Shown piece by piece: positions 1 to 14,469 of a stretch of DNA of 64,000 nt (position 1 is its first letter; each line of letters starts with the position of its first letter). The DNA comes from Rhina ancylostomus (Eukaryota). The notes under the pieces were generated by a model that was given only the letters and a program-made list of their open reading frames with translations, did not search any database and was not told the DNA's origin. The DNA lies in contig JARFYF010000112.1 of NCBI GenBank assembly GCA_030265395.1, positions 82,831,629-82,895,628 of the forward strand, in the 5' to 3' direction. A program made the translations under genes and the position numbers.

Positions 1-18
1 GCTGACAGGTCTGTCACC

Positions 19-774
19 NNNNNNNNNNNNNNNNNNNNNNNNNNNNNNNNNNNNNNNNNNNNNNNNNNNNNNNNNNNNNNNNNNNNNNNNNNNNNNNNNN
101 NNNNNNNNNNNNNNNNNNNNNNNNNNNNNNNNNNNNNNNNNNNNNNNNNNNNNNNNNNNNNNNNNNNNNNNNNNNNNNNNNNNNNNNNNNNNNNNNNNNN
201 NNNNNNNNNNNNNNNNNNNNNNNNNNNNNNNNNNNNNNNNNNNNNNNNNNNNNNNNNNNNNNNNNNNNNNNNNNNNNNNNNNNNNNNNNNNNNNNNNNNN
301 NNNNNNNNNNNNNNNNNNNNNNNNNNNNNNNNNNNNNNNNNNNNNNNNNNNNNNNNNNNNNNNNNNNNNNNNNNNNNNNNNNNNNNNNNNNNNNNNNNNN
401 NNNNNNNNNNNNNNNNNNNNNNNNNNNNNNNNNNNNNNNNNNNNNNNNNNNNNNNNNNNNNNNNNNNNNNNNNNNNNNNNNNNNNNNNNNNNNNNNNNNN
501 NNNNNNNNNNNNNNNNNNNNNNNNNNNNNNNNNNNNNNNNNNNNNNNNNNNNNNNNNNNNNNNNNNNNNNNNNNNNNNNNNNNNNNNNNNNNNNNNNNNN
601 NNNNNNNNNNNNNNNNNNNNNNNNNNNNNNNNNNNNNNNNNNNNNNNNNNNNNNNNNNNNNNNNNNNNNNNNNNNNNNNNNNNNNNNNNNNNNNNNNNNN
701 NNNNNNNNNNNNNNNNNNNNNNNNNNNNNNNNNNNNNNNNNNNNNNNNNNNNNNNNNNNNNNNNNNNNNNNNNN
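19..774. other. N-run (assembly gap or mask), one of roughly 20 in the window
   Basis: N tracts mostly fall inside young LINE/SINE copies. Several are exactly 100 N (25750-25849, 45306-45405, 50249-50348, 62536-62635), typical of unsized scaffold gaps. Confidence 0.9.
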
Positions 775-1119
775 CCAGCCTAATTGAGCTGCCACAGCAA
801 TATTCTGTCCATTATGATAAATTATTTCTGATGTACATTCCTAGTCAATGAAACCTTACCAGGAATTGCACACCCATATTGCCACTTAACTGTGATCGTA
901 GCAACTAACTTAATGATCCTCTATGTGTTCTGTATCCATTACAGATTACATTTCGATTATTTTGTATGTTGTGGTATACATCATGAAAACAGTCATAAGT
1001 GCATATTATACACTTCATTGATTTTTTTATTGGGTGATGTATTCCATTTTGGCAAAGCTTGGAAGTTTAAGCACTAAGAATGATAGCAATAGACTTTCAG
1101 CAGACACAGGGCACTAGAT

Positions 1120-1465
1120 TAGCAGTCATTTGGCACGTAAAACGTAATGCAGCAATGATACATTTTGGCAGGAAGAACATAATCAGAGGCGGATAGTGCA
1201 AAGGTAGGGTGATTCTTGAACCTTTATAGAACATCAATTATACCACGACTAGGTACTTGCATCTAATTCTGGTTACTACACTTTAGGAAGGATGCCAAGG
1301 TCCAAGGGAAAGTGCAGAACATATTCATTAAAATGGTTCTGTGACTGAGGGATTTCAGTTACAAAGACCAATTTGAGAATTGGAGCTAGTTCTATTTGAT
1401 GGGGTAGGCCAAAGAAATTTTGCATTGTCTACATGGCTTAATGAGCCAAATGGCTGCCTTCTAGT
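1120..1465 (+). mobile_element. Old CR1-type LINE 3' fragment
   Basis: Degenerate CR1 ORF2 C-terminal sequence (ctggttactacactttaggaaggatg...gtgcagaac) and CR1-like 3' tail (gagccaaatggctgccttct). Confidence 0.65.
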
Positions 1466-1584
1466 GTAGTCTACTTGTGTATGCTGTTAAAGCTGAGGTT
1501 ATTACAGACTTGAAGGTTCTAGTTAATTAATCTACTTCTCTGTTATGCTATGGACACTACCGTAATGTATACATGACTTTATAA

Positions 1585-1746
<162 letters not shown>

Positions 1747-2539
1747 TAAATATTTCTTGTAAAATCTGACTCTTTTGAACAATTTGCAGTCTTGTTAATT
1801 TAGAATTGCATTCTCCTGAGGTTGTGGCAGCAATTTCAATAATTGGTTCACTTAACCTGTACAATGAAAATTTGGGGGTTTTGGTAAATTGAAGCCACTG
1901 TAGCCCACCTGGGCAGGGTGGGCAATGGTGGGAGTTAGGGGTCTGGTCATGTTACATGGTGGGAGAATTTCATTCTGAGTTTTTAACATGTCACATGTCC
2001 TCCTTGTGTACATTACACAGTATTTCACCTAAGATCTCTCTAGTATTTTTTGTTTGGTGAGCAATAATGGAATACTCCAGAGTGCAGTAGATTTTTTTTT
2101 TACAGCCTTGTTTAAGTGCCTTGCTCTCAAATAGCCCCTTTTGCTATCTCAGCTTTGCATTTTAGCCTCTAAAAATCACAAGTTTGAAAAGTATGCTCTG
2201 GATATTAGAGGAAGCCAGCCTGCACCATATGACTTTTCCATCTTTTTATTGGATCATAGCTGAAATATGCCTCCCCCTTTTTAAGCTACTATTTCCTCCA
2301 TGTCTCTTCATTCCTTACCTAATAATTTATCAAATCTTGCTCTTGTAATTTTTGACCCAGGTTGGGGAGAGGGGTGTACTGGAGAATCTTTTACCTGGTT
2401 TCAGTCTGGATTTGCCTAGCTCTAATTTTAAAATTGACAAAACTTGATCAAGTTGTAGTATTATTTAAGTAGTAATAATTAACAAACCTCATGTTCAAAA
2501 TAAATTTGGTTTTGTTAGTAGTCTTAATGCAGGAAAATG

Positions 2540-4355
2540 TCCAAACTGCTGTCATCCTTCTCGAAAGACTAGGGTTTGACACCTTCTTTGCAAATTACCA
2601 CATCCATATGCAACCTTCCTTCTCAAAAGTCCTTAAATGTGTTGTAACCTATTAAATTTGTGCCCACCTTAGCTAGGATTCCTTTGAATCTCTCCGTTCA
2701 GATATCCAACCCTGTCACAGTACTGTGATGGCTCTGATCAAAGTCGCTAATGACATCATATGTGATTGTAATGCAGGTAATCTATTTCTCCTCAACCTTC
2801 TAAATGTGTCTGCATATTTTAACATTATTGACCCACAGACCTTGTTCCAAATGATGCCTGGTTTGATTCTTAATTATCCAGTTATAGTCAGCGAATTGTC
2901 AGCAGTGACTTCTGTGCCAGTTGTATTACCTTGGCCAAGTATAGATCCTCAAGAAGCCATATTTTTTTCTCATCTACTTACTATCCCTTGGTAATATCAA
3001 AACATTGTGTCATTTTTCACACAAACATTGGTGCCAACCAGCCGTCCCTCACAGTTTCTTCTCTTGACCCCACTACTGTCTCTAAAATATCAGATTGTTT
3101 GGTATACTTGCTCACAGTCGAATATTATAAAGTCCAAAATTGTCTTGGGTCCCAATTGCAAACTGTTTCCTAACCACTATCAGCATCCCTCTTCATTGTA
3201 AGTGTCCAAAAACTAAACTAAATCATTAGTAACCTTGGTGTAATATTTGACTCCAAGAAGATCAACTGAACTAGTGGTTAGCTTTGGACTGTCATTGGTA
3301 AAATCATCTCAGTTCTGTCCTTGCCTTGGTTTATCTCTTGCTGAAGCCCTCAACTGTGACATGAGTGAAACTGAGTTGGATTTGGCTCATAGTCCATGCC
3401 AGCCTGCACTTAGCTGGGTTGGATGCAGAGCAGAAATGGAGCTGAACCACCACTGATTGGAGGTATCTGACAATGTGTGGCTTGGTCTGAGCAGCAACTA
3501 ATCCTTGGTTAGTATACTGATAAGACCCTGTCTTTCGAATGCCTGATCTCCTGGCAAATCAATTAAGACCTTGTAACAGATAACAGGCATCTTTGATTTT
3601 GCAGCACTAAGCTTGCAAATTTAAAAAGAAACACTATTAAAACATTAAAAAAATTAAAACACCAAAATTATTTTTTGAAATAGCATTTTTCCTCATCTGA
3701 AGTCTAAGAATTATTATAAAAGTGAATAGAAATTCTAATCCTGCACCATGTGGAGTCCAGAAATGGAATGGAGTGACCAAAACACCAGCATCAGTCACTC
3801 CCCACATTTCAGATTTAGTGGGTCTGCAAAAGTCCAGCATTTAGTTGAGAGCAGTTGAATACTGGCACTTCCTTTCAGTCTACTGACTGCAGCCAATATG
3901 ATTTGGCCTATTATCTCTGGATGACTGCTTTAATGTACTCTGCTTCCTTGTTCTACTGTACCTTAACTTACAATTATCCAATATTCTGGCCATATCCTAA
4001 CTTGATCAAAACCCATTTATCTAGTACCTCTTGTGTTTGTTGAGCTCTATCTTTGTAATTTTCTCCACTCTTGAAACCCTTCAAGATATCTATGCTGCTC
4101 TAATTTTCTCTGAATAATTACTCTTTAATTTAATCATTCTGCTTTGGCAATTATGCCTTCATCTGTCAAAGCTCTAAACTTGGGAATTCCTCCTTCCTCT
4201 CTGTTCCTTCTTCTAAATAATTCCTTCCAGTCTGGTTTAACCATTTTTTGTCTGACCTAATACATTGTGGCTCAATATTAATCATTGTTTATTAACCCCA
4301 GCCCCCATGCAACACCATGAAATGCTTTCCTTTATAATGAATTAAAGTTGTTCTT
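2540..4355 (+). mobile_element. Decayed L2-clade LINE, RT fragment plus 3' tail, interrupted
   Basis: ORF 2725 reads ALIKVANDIICDCNAGNLFLLNLLNVSAYFNIID, resembling L2/CR1 RT TALIKVxNDI...LLDLSAAFDTVD. An L2-like tail lies at 4140-4355. Confidence 0.7.
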
Positions 4356-4469
4356 GAGGATTGTAAATGGACAAAAAAATTATAAAAATGAAATGTTAGA
4401 AAAGGTGTCTGAAAGTGTAGTGTTAGAATCTTCAGAAGAGAAATGGAGCTGGAGGAAATTAGTGATTAT

Positions 4470-6510
4470 TGAATAGTACGGGCTCTTCGGCCCACAATGT
4501 TGTGCCAACCTATGTAAACCTTATCTCCATTCAATCAATCCTTCTCTCTACTTCACCTCCCATAACCCTCTATTTTTCTTTCGTCCAAGTGCCTATCTAA
4601 TAGTCTCTTAAATGACCCTATCACATCGGCCCCTACCACCACCTCCGGCAGTGCATTCCAGGCACCCACCACTCTTTGGGGGAGGGAGGGAGGGGAACCC
4701 ATCTCTGACATCTCCCCTGAACTATCCTANNNNNNNNNNNNNNNNNNNNNNNNNNNNNNNNNNNNNNNNNNNNNNNNNNNNNNNNNNNNNNNNNNNNNNN
4801 NNNNNNNNNNNNNNNNNNNNNNNNNNNNNNNNNNNNNNNNNNNNNNNNNNNNNNNNNNNNNNNNNNNNNNNNNNNNNNNNNNNNNNNNNNNNNNNNNNNN
4901 NNNNNNNNNNNNNNNNNNNNNNNNNNNNNNNNNNNNNNNNNNNNNNNNNNNNNNNNNNNNNNNNNNNNNNNNNNNNNNNNNNNNNNNNNNNNNNNNNNNN
5001 NNNNNNNNNNNNNNNNNNNNNNNNNNNNNNNNNNNNNNNNNNNNNNNNNNNNNNNNNNNNNNNNNNNNNNNNNNNNNNNNNNNNNNNNNNNNNNNNNNNN
5101 NNNNNNNNNNNNNNNNNNNNNNNNNNNNNNNNNNNNNNNNNNNNNNNNNNNNNNNNNNNNNNNNNNNNNNNNNNNNNNNNNNNNNNNNNNNNNNNNNNNN
5201 NNNNNNNNNNNNNNNNNNNNNNNNNNNNNNNNNNNNNNNNNNNNNNNNNNNNNNNNNNNNNNNNNNNNNNNNNNNNNNNNNNNNNNNNNNNNNNNNNNNN
5301 NNNNNNNNNNNNNNNNNNNNNNNNNNNNNNNNNNNNNNNNNNNNNNNNNNNNNNNNNNNNNNNNNNNNNNNNNNNNNNNNNNNNNNNNNNNNNNNNNNNN
5401 NNNNNNNNNNNNNNNNNNNNNNNNNNNNNNNNNNNNNNNNNNNNNNNNNNNNNNNNNNNNNNNNNNNNNNNNNNNNNNNNNNNNNNNNNNNNNNNNNNNN
5501 NNNNNNNNNNNNNNNNNNNNNNNNCTACAACCACCCTCTGCCTTCTGTGGGCAAGCCAATTTCAAATCCACACAGCCAATTTTCCATGGATCCCATACCT
5601 CTTGACTTTCTGAATGAGTCTACCATGGGAAACCTTGTCAAACGCCTTGCTAAAATCCATTTATACTACACCCACCGCACTACCTTCATCAATTTGTCTT
5701 GTCACTGCCTCAAAAAAACTCCGTTAGGCTTGTGAGGCATGACCTGGCCTTCTCAAAGCCATGTTAACTCTCAAGACTATACTTCTCCAAATGCTCATAA
5801 ATCCTGTCGCTAAGAATCCTCTCCAATAGTTTTCCCACCACTGATGTAAGACTCACTAGTCTATAATTCCCAGGATTATCTCTTTTACCTTTCTTGAACA
5901 ATGGAACAACGTTTGTCATCTTCCAGTCCTCCAGTACCACTCATGGCCAGGAAGGACTCAGATCCTCATTAATGCTCCAGCAATCTTTTCCCTCGCTTTT
6001 CATAGTTACTTGGGGTATATTCTGTCGAACCTCATGGATCTTTCTATCCTAATACTTTTTAGTAGCTCCAGCACTGCTTCTTTGTTAACCTTGACGTGCT
6101 CCAACACATTTGCTTGTTCTACGCTAACCTCACATTCATCCAAGTCCCTCTCCCTGGTGGACACTGAAGCAAAATATTCATTTAGAACCTCCTCTACCTC
6201 CTCCGCCTACAGACACATTTTCCCCCTTTATCCCTGTGCAGTCCTACCCTCACCCGAGTAATCCTCTTGTTCCTCACATATGTGTAGAATGCCTTAGGGT
6301 TTTCCTTAACCCTACCTGCCAAGGCCTTCTCATGTCCCTTCTTAAGCTCCTTCTCTTCACTCTCAAGAACCCTGTCTGATTTTTGCTTCCTAAACCTTAA
6401 ATATGATTCCTCCTTCCTCTTGACTAAACCTTCCACTTTGGTTCCTTCACCCTACCATTCTTTCCTTGTCTCAGCAGGACAAACCTATCCAGAACCCCAT
6501 GTAAGTGGTT
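4470..6510 (-). mobile_element. CR1 (HER1-like) LINE, 5'-truncated, gap inside
   Basis: Minus ORF 6194-6436 reads HEKALAGRVKENPKAFYTYVRNKRITRVRVG (CR1 ORF2). RT region at 5525-5950. CR1 3' end (ggctcttcggcccacaatg) at ~4480. Confidence 0.9.
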
Positions 6511-7500
6511 TTGATATGATGAAGCAGGAATAGATTTGCATACAAGATCTTTGAATTTAATGTACAATGGGAAAGTCAGCTCAAGGTAGGTGATTAACTA
6601 GTGTGACAGTGCAAGATGGAATCTGTGCTGTAAAAGTTTGGGCACCTTCAAGTTTAAAGGATGGACTATGACAGAATAGAAATGAATTGGGAGATGATAG
6701 AATCTAGAGATGAAAATAGATTAGAGGAATATTACATTGTGAAGATGTTATGGTGTTTAAGTAGTCTTAGTGTTAAAATTCCAATCCAAGGTTGAACAGA
6801 AGTCCAAGGTTGGACAAAGGATAGAAGTTGCTGGCAATTAAGCAAGCAAGAGCCAGAACTAATAGCTCAACACTTCCCATTTCGTGTTGTAAAAATTGTC
6901 CCTTGCCTGGAGATGATGCTCCTGATCAGATACGGAAGGAGGTAAAAGATCTTTGGTTAGTAGTAAAGTCTTGAGTAGCAAGAAAAACAAATGCTGAAGG
7001 TTAGTAGACAACTACTAGATCGGTTCCAAATGCAAGGGCAATCATATCAAATTAAACTAAGTCAGGGGTGAGAGTTGGGGCATTTTGGTAGATACAGTTT
7101 AATATAGAGGATTAAGTTTCCTTATTAGATAAAAAGAATGCCGATTTAAAGAAAAGTGTTGAAGAAAGTAGAGGACCAGATACTTGATGATAAATTCATA
7201 ATTTCTTGAAAATACCTTTGTAGGTAGCAATCATAAAGGCAAGTCATATTCTGTTAAAATGGGATATACAATACAAAAGCAGCAACTCCAGCTTGTTGCA
7301 AAATTCTGCACCCTGTCCTACATCTGACCATTTTCCTTTGTTACGAACCTTCCTATGACTTTAAAAGCCTGTTATCCTTTGCTTCACTCCATACTGCTTT
7401 TGTCTTTTTAGCCCCGAGTCTCAAAGCAACATCTGTCCATCAGCTGTGGTCTATTGCATTTTCGCTCCTTCCTCAAATCCTACTGTACCATTAGTATGTT

Positions 7501-7680
7501 AGTCATAGAGTTGTATTGCACAGAAACGGGCCCTTCATCCCACCATGTCAATGCTGTTTGCCCATCTACATTAATTGCATTTGCCCCATTAGATCCATAT
7601 CTTTCTATGCTTTGTTTATTCTATATTTTGCTCTCTGTCTAAATGTCTCTTAAATGTAGTTATTGTATCTGATTCCACTA
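7501..7680 (-). mobile_element. CR1 LINE/HE1-type 3' tail
   Basis: gtcatagagttgtattgcacagaaacgggcccttc is the reverse complement of the elasmobranch CR1 3' terminus. Confidence 0.7.
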
Positions 7681-7894
7681 ACCCCATTTTTAGGCTTTTC
7701 TGCTTTTGCATCTTGGAATTCTAATTGATTCTTTTATTTTTCTTCTTTTGTCTAATTCCCTCATGCTCTTTTACCATATTTATAGTCAGAAACCATAACC
7801 TTTCATCTTTTGTTTCTCTCTCCATAGATAATTCCTGATCTGTTGAGTATCCCCCAAAATTCCTGTTTTAATTTCACCTTTCAACTACTTGTGC

Positions 7895-8545
7895 ATAGAA
7901 CATAGAACAGTACAGCACAATACAGGCCCTTCAGACTACAATGTTGTGCTGACCTTTAAACCTCNNNNNNNNNNNNNNNNNNNNNNNNNNNNNNNNNNNN
8001 NNNNNNNNNNNNNNNNNNNNNNNNNNNNNNNNNNNNNNNNNNNNNNNNNNNNNNNNNNNNNNNNNNNNNNNNNNNNNNNNNNNNNNNNNNNNNNNNNNNN
8101 NNNNNNNNNNNNNNNNNNNNNNNNNNNNNNNNNNNNNNNNNNNNNNNNNNNNNNNNNNNNNNNNNNNNNNNNNNNNNNNNNNNNNNNNNNNNNNNNNNNN
8201 NNNNNNNNNNNNNNNNNNNNNNNNNNNNNNNNNNNNNNNNNNNNNNNNNNNNNNNNNNNNNNNNNNNNNNNNNNNNNNNNNNNNNNNNNNNNNNNNNNNN
8301 NNNNNNNNNNNNNNNNNNNNNNNNNNNNNNNNNNNNNNNNNNNNNNNNNNNNNNNNNNNNNNNNNNNNNNNNNNNNNNNNNNNNNNNNNNNNNNNNNNNN
8401 NNNNNNNNNNNNNNNNNNNNNNNNNNNNNNNNNNNNNNNNNNNNNNNNNNNNNNNNNNNNNNNNNNNNNNNNNNNNNNNNNNNNNNNNNNNNNNNNNNNN
8501 NNNNNNNNNNNNNNNNNNNNNNNNNNNNNNNNNNNNNNNNNNNNN
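7895..8545 (-). mobile_element. Young CR1 LINE 3' end, mostly gap
   Basis: catagaacatagaacagtacagcacaatacaggcccttcag, a repeated CR1 terminal motif, also seen at 40905. Confidence 0.75.
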
Positions 8546-8762
8546 TAAGGAGTTAGTACGTTCTCCCTGTGACTGCATGGATTTCCTCTGGGTGCTCCCG
8601 TTTCCTCCCACATTCCAAAGACGTACAGGTTAAGAAGTTGTGGGCGTGCTATGTTGGTGCCGAAATTTTGGTGACACTTGCAGGCTGCCCCCAGAACACT
8701 CAACATGCAGTGAAATGCACCTTTTGCGTATCGATGTACATGTGACTAATAAAGAAATCTTA
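8546..8762 (+). mobile_element. V-SINE (5' part in gap)
   Basis: V-domain-like core ttctccctgtgactgcatggatttcctctgggtgctcccgtttcctcccaca. Closely similar to the copy at 46777-47080. Confidence 0.85.
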
Positions 8763-9394
8763 AATGTGCACAGTAGTCTTCTCTGGCATAATTTCTCTAA
8801 CACATCAGTTATAAATTCTGATGACAAGATGTTTCCATTTTTAAAAACTTGTATAAAGAAGCCAATTTCTGTCAATGGAATGTTTTTTCCAGTAGTGTCC
8901 ATCAGAGAATTTGACAAGACCAGAAAACTACCTTGGAGTTTCTGTAACCTTTAACTGTTATAGGCTGCATATTAGCATTACATTCCCGTTAATTGTGAGC
9001 AGACGTTACTGGATGTTACATTTTTAGCTGCTAAGTGAAGATTGTGCTCTCTTATTTCATCTCCATTCAATCAGCTCATGGTTGTAGTAAAGAATTAGTG
9101 CTGCTTATTTCAGTTTATCACTATTTTGCCAACCATGGCTCTTTTGCTGTGCTTTCTGCACCATTTCCAATTCCCTGCTTTTTCTCACTCATTGGGATAT
9201 TCTTCAAATTTTTATTGTATTTTCCCTATCAGAATTTGTCTTGCCTTTATTTAATTTTTGAATCTCCTTCCCTGGTATACTGATTGCTCTTTGGTTGAGA
9301 TTGGGCTATAATTTTATCAAGTGAAGCTATATAGTCACCTGAGAGAAAGTAAACAGTACCATGGGGAAGATTAAGTACTAAAGCCTCAGTTTAA

Positions 9395-9556
<162 letters not shown>

Positions 9557-9708
9557 TAACACAGATTTCCCTCTTTCCCAAGTTTAAAATAATTATTCCT
9601 TAGTAGCTGCTTTTCTGCATTTAACCAAACTATTGTACTCAATATACTTATTTTAAGAATGTGATTGGGTTGCAACCTGTGACCTGATGCTCCTATGCCT
9701 ATTTTTAA

Positions 9709-9873
<165 letters not shown>

Positions 9874-10444
9874 TAAATATACACCTTCATTTAGATTCAT
9901 CTGTTTTTAAATATGCAACTCAACATTGTTAGTTTACTAACTGCATAACAATTATAATATACTAGAAATTCATCAACTTTAAATATTCATTTACTACCTG
10001 TACACTTGATTAGTCAATTTAGATTATAAATTAAACAATTCCAAATCTGGTAGCATTTGACTCTATTTGCTCTGATTCACTTGGTCTATATCTGAGTTCT
10101 GCCGTCTCTTACCATTTAGTTTATACTTTCCTTCCAAAATGAACATTATGTAATCTGTTGAACAGCATACAAATCTGCCTTTACAAATCCCCTACTCTAG
10201 GAATATGTGGATAAAGTGTACTTCTAGATTAGAGATTTTAATTATTTACATAAGATGGAGACTCGAGCATCCTATGTAAAACTTGGGATATTCCTCAAAT
10301 TTCAATGTTTAGATGACCAATCTTGTTATGACAATAATACTTCTAAGGCACCTTTATGCTCTAGACAGAATGATTGTGTTAAATAAAAACACTCAAGTTG
10401 CTTTTGCATTTTCTTTCATTAAGTTCTTGTTAAATTGGGTCATC

Positions 10445-11095
10445 TATTGTGAATGGCTGAAGATTTGGCGCATGGGATATAATGCAGAAAAGTATGAAAT
10501 TGGTTCTCTATTTCTCCCTCCCATAATGAACAATGTCCAAATGGTGAGAGATGGTAAAGCTCTGAGACGCAGAGAGATCTGGATGCCCTGGTACGTGATT
10601 TGCAAAAGGTTAATATACAGAATACAGCAAGTAATTAAGTTATTGTTTATTGCAAGGGGAATTGAATTTAAAAATAGAAATGTTATGCTGCATTTATGTA
10701 GGACATTGGTGAGACCATACTGGAATACCATGTATTGTATTGGTCTTATTTAAGGAATGATAGAAAGTAATTGGAAACAGTTCAGTGAAGATTTACTTCA
10801 TTGATACCTGGCATACACATGTTGTCTTATGATGAAGGATTAGATAGGTTAGGCTTGAGAGTGAGAGGCTTTTTGTTCCATAACATCCTAAGAAGTCTTT
10901 ACAAGGTGGCTGTGGAGAGGATAGGTCCTCATGGGAGAATTTAAAGCTAAAGTTTTAGTTTAAAAATAAGAGATTCACTCACATAAATCAAATGAGAACT
11001 ATTTTCTTTGACTTGTGAATCTTTGGAACCCTGTTCCTCAAATGGTGGTGGAAGCTGAGTTTTTGTAAATTTTTAAGGCAACGGTATGTAGCACT
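10445..11095 (+). mobile_element. Old CR1 LINE 3' fragment
   Basis: ORF 10313 contains EWLKIWRMGYNAEKYE and FIARGIEFKNRNVMLHLCRTLVRP, the CR1 ORF2 C-terminus. Confidence 0.85.
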
Positions 11096-14000
11096 TTAGG
11101 AAATGATTGGTGCTTGAGGAAATATCCCATAAAGGAATACTTTTATTAATCTGAGCTCATTGTAACTGGTGACGGTGGGGAATTCAGTGGTGACTGGGAG
11201 ATAGATATATTCTATATTTTTAAAGAGATTTCCTGAAGATCAAGCTGTACTTCACAAGATTTTGGAGTGAGGTTAACAGCCAGTGCATGTTGGAGACCTG
11301 CAATAAGGGAATTGACTTTCGCATTGGATACCCACAAAAGTGACTTTTAATTGTTCAGAAAATAGGTTTCATGTAGTGATCTCTATTTTGCAGTATAACA
11401 TCTGCTGCAAAACAAAGTGCATGGTAATGATTTGCACACTGTATGTAACTTTTGCTCTCCAGACATATTGATCTTGGATTGTTTGTCACAGTCGATGTGG
11501 TATTTCCTTTTTTTGTTGTTGTGGATTAGAAGTTTGCTTCATATTAGCATAGAAACATTAAGATCATAAAAACTTATTAGAACAACTGTACCGATGGATA
11601 AAAGTGGAGAGGTTGCTGTTCCCTATTCCTTTTTCAAAACACAATGTTGAAAAGTGTGCTGAAAGGTTAAGAACTGCAAAAAGATGTCTGTAAAGATTGC
11701 TAATGGAGACTGACAGTACACAGTTTAACCCTTATTTTTAAGCATAATTTCATGCAGGCATAGTTTTGGTAATCAGTGAAGTTTAGTCATTAGGGAATCT
11801 TGACATACATTCTCTATAATTGGCCAGTCGAAACACTGGCCAAAAAAATTAAATTGAAAGTTGGCATATCTACTTGATGAAGGCCAACACCCCTCTTCAT
11901 ATGATGGTTTGCATTGGTCTCCTTATTTTACCATGCTACCTTAATGCATGGCCTGAGAGGTAGCTGACTCAGATGTACATGTAGCTTCATTTCAAATTAT
12001 TCTGCTGAATTTGGCAGTTCCTTCTAAGATTTGAGCAATCTGTAGCTCTAAGCATCATTTAGCTGGATTAATTTTAGAGCAGTTAATCTGGATTTTAAAC
12101 TTCCAGCAGAGAATTTTACAGGTAGATACTTTTATTGAGGCAATTGGAGACATTAAAACAGAAATCCTGATTAATTAAAAAGGTTTTCTTAAAGTCTCCC
12201 AACATGGTCCAAGCATAGATGCATTTATGGTGGATTTATAATAATCAGGGTGGAGCAGAGTGACACCAATGATGAACATTCTTTAATCCCCACCATTGTT
12301 TTATCATGAATTCTTATGAGTTGGTATTCCATATCAGTGTTTCCTCAGCTGTACAAATTGTGTTCAATTTTGCAATCCCAGGTTCTTCATTAACTATTCT
12401 TTGGCACAGTTCCTCATCCAGTTATTTTTATATATTATCTATGGTACATGATTACTCCCGGATGTTCTGAATGCTTCTGCATATCCACTGGAAGAATGCT
12501 AAAAATTATTTGCATTTAAAGTTGTGGTTTTCATTTTCAGAAATTCAGCTCAGAGGGGGGAGAAATATGAGAGTGTCATGTCAGTTCTGCTTCAGCAAAT
12601 CTGGAGGCCATTAACAATGGTCTCATTGTGGCTTTACGATTTATGGTTTCTGTATATAAAATTCATAAGGCTTTCTATGTTTGAGATAGAAGTCAATGTG
12701 ATGTAGTCTGACCTTGATCTCCCACATTATTACTTTGCCTTTTTATTTATCAACCTTGATTCTATACAACTTGCGTTTCAGCTTTAGTGGCCTTTGTTTC
12801 CTTATTTATCATCATCCACTGCTCTATAATATGCTCTAATATCACCTCCATCCTTGATCTTTGGCACTGCCCATTTGCTGTATATCCTCAAAAGTATACA
12901 CTGATACAGCTTTTCCATAGCCTCATGAAGAGCCCCTTTGAATAAGGATACCAGTGAATCAATTGATTCTTTTGTTCATAACCCAAGAATACAATACAAA
13001 CACTAAGGCTTGAAATGTAGATATAAAATGTACTTAATTCAAATTCTTTCACATTCATATTTTAACGAGGGTTTTGTATATTTGCTTGGTGGCACCCTAT
13101 TGTTCTTTCAGTTAATGGATATTTGCCACATGTACCGTAATCCTTTAATGAGTTGATTTTAAATGAAGGCAGAATTCAAGTATGAAGATTAATTCTCACC
13201 ATGCAATTCAAGGGATCACCTCATTCAGCAATTTTCTATGTTCTTGAACATTGGAGTACTTTGGATAATAGGTTGGGGTTGCATTGATGCTATTTTTGGA
13301 TTAATGCTGATATTTTAAACACTGTTTTCTAACTAATTAAAGCCCTTTGGGTTATGCTGCATTCATCATCTGAAGTATTTTCATCTGGTGCTGTATTTGC
13401 TCCCGACTCCCCAATATCAAAGTGAATGTGTTGGAGTGTTTTTCCTAAAACGGTTTCTCCTGAACAAAAGCAAGTTTCACAATTGTGCTTGCATGTTCCA
13501 GTAAATAAAATGTCACACCTTGGATTACTTGTTTGAAAAAAAATTGGAAATATTTTGGTTAAGCAGTATAGGTGGAGAGAAACAGATTTAAAGTTTCAGG
13601 TTGATTCTAAATTGAGGTTTGGAGCACAGTAATCAAAAGATTGAAACTGAAATGCCCTCAGTAATTACAATAAGCTGTGCAATAAAAGAAACGACCTTGT
13701 TGAAGTATGAACTTAGTTTGCTTATTCTTATTGACATAGCAGTAAATCCTTTGTCCTCTCTCAACAAACATCGTTTCAATGTATTGTGACTTCATTTGTG
13801 TTTTAAAACTTTTTGTTTTTAGATCTTGAACTTGCAAGATATAACTAATGTTAAATTTTACCTGCAGGGTTTCAGTTTGCATGAATATATAAGCTGTTTT
13901 TATTTTCAATTTTGCCAATACCTCTTCTGTAATGCAGTTTCAGTTGTCTATGTATGAATTTGAGAAAGGTAACTGTTGAAAGCTTGTTACCATATGAGTG

Positions 14001-14469
14001 TTACAGCGCATTTCCACCATCCCAGATTTAAGCTCCTTCATTTGGTCTGAATAAAGCCAATGTCTCCAATTTCCATATAGAATCAGTTCTTAGTTTATTA
14101 ACCGGATAAGTTGGTAGGTGAGTGGTAAAAATTTTTTGCTGTTTTCTATCATCATCATTTGATGCTGGGACAATTGTTAACTTTCATTAACCAGTTTCAA
14201 AAATAGAATAAAGGAAATTTAACGTTGCTTTTGATACACAACTCTCAATACCAATCTTGCTGGCAGGAGTTGTCAGTTCCCGTCATTTGGACACTTAATC
14301 CACAGTAGTTATCGGACTTCTGAGTATATGAGATGGAAGTCTGAGACATACTGAGTGACAGTGGTACCAAATTTATTGCTGTGCTCTGCCACTGGATGCC
14401 ATATGAAATCCAATAGCAGAGTTCAGATTTGCTGAGATTTCGGCTTCGCATAGGAACTGAGTGTCCATC

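Noticed and set aside
4612-5613. Long ORFs in the track composed mostly of X (also 7889, 28587, 40975, 48447, 59113 and others)
   Set aside because: They are artefacts of N-runs that contain no stop codons.
6510-7260. Purine-rich stretch in an AMMECR1 intron
   Set aside because: Probably very old TE debris. I could not assign a family or any reading frame.
11820-11843. Perfect 9-bp hairpin ttggccagt-cgaaac-actggccaa followed by an A-run
   Set aside because: A stem this short is expected by chance a few times in 64 kb, and bacterial terminator logic does not apply in a vertebrate intron.
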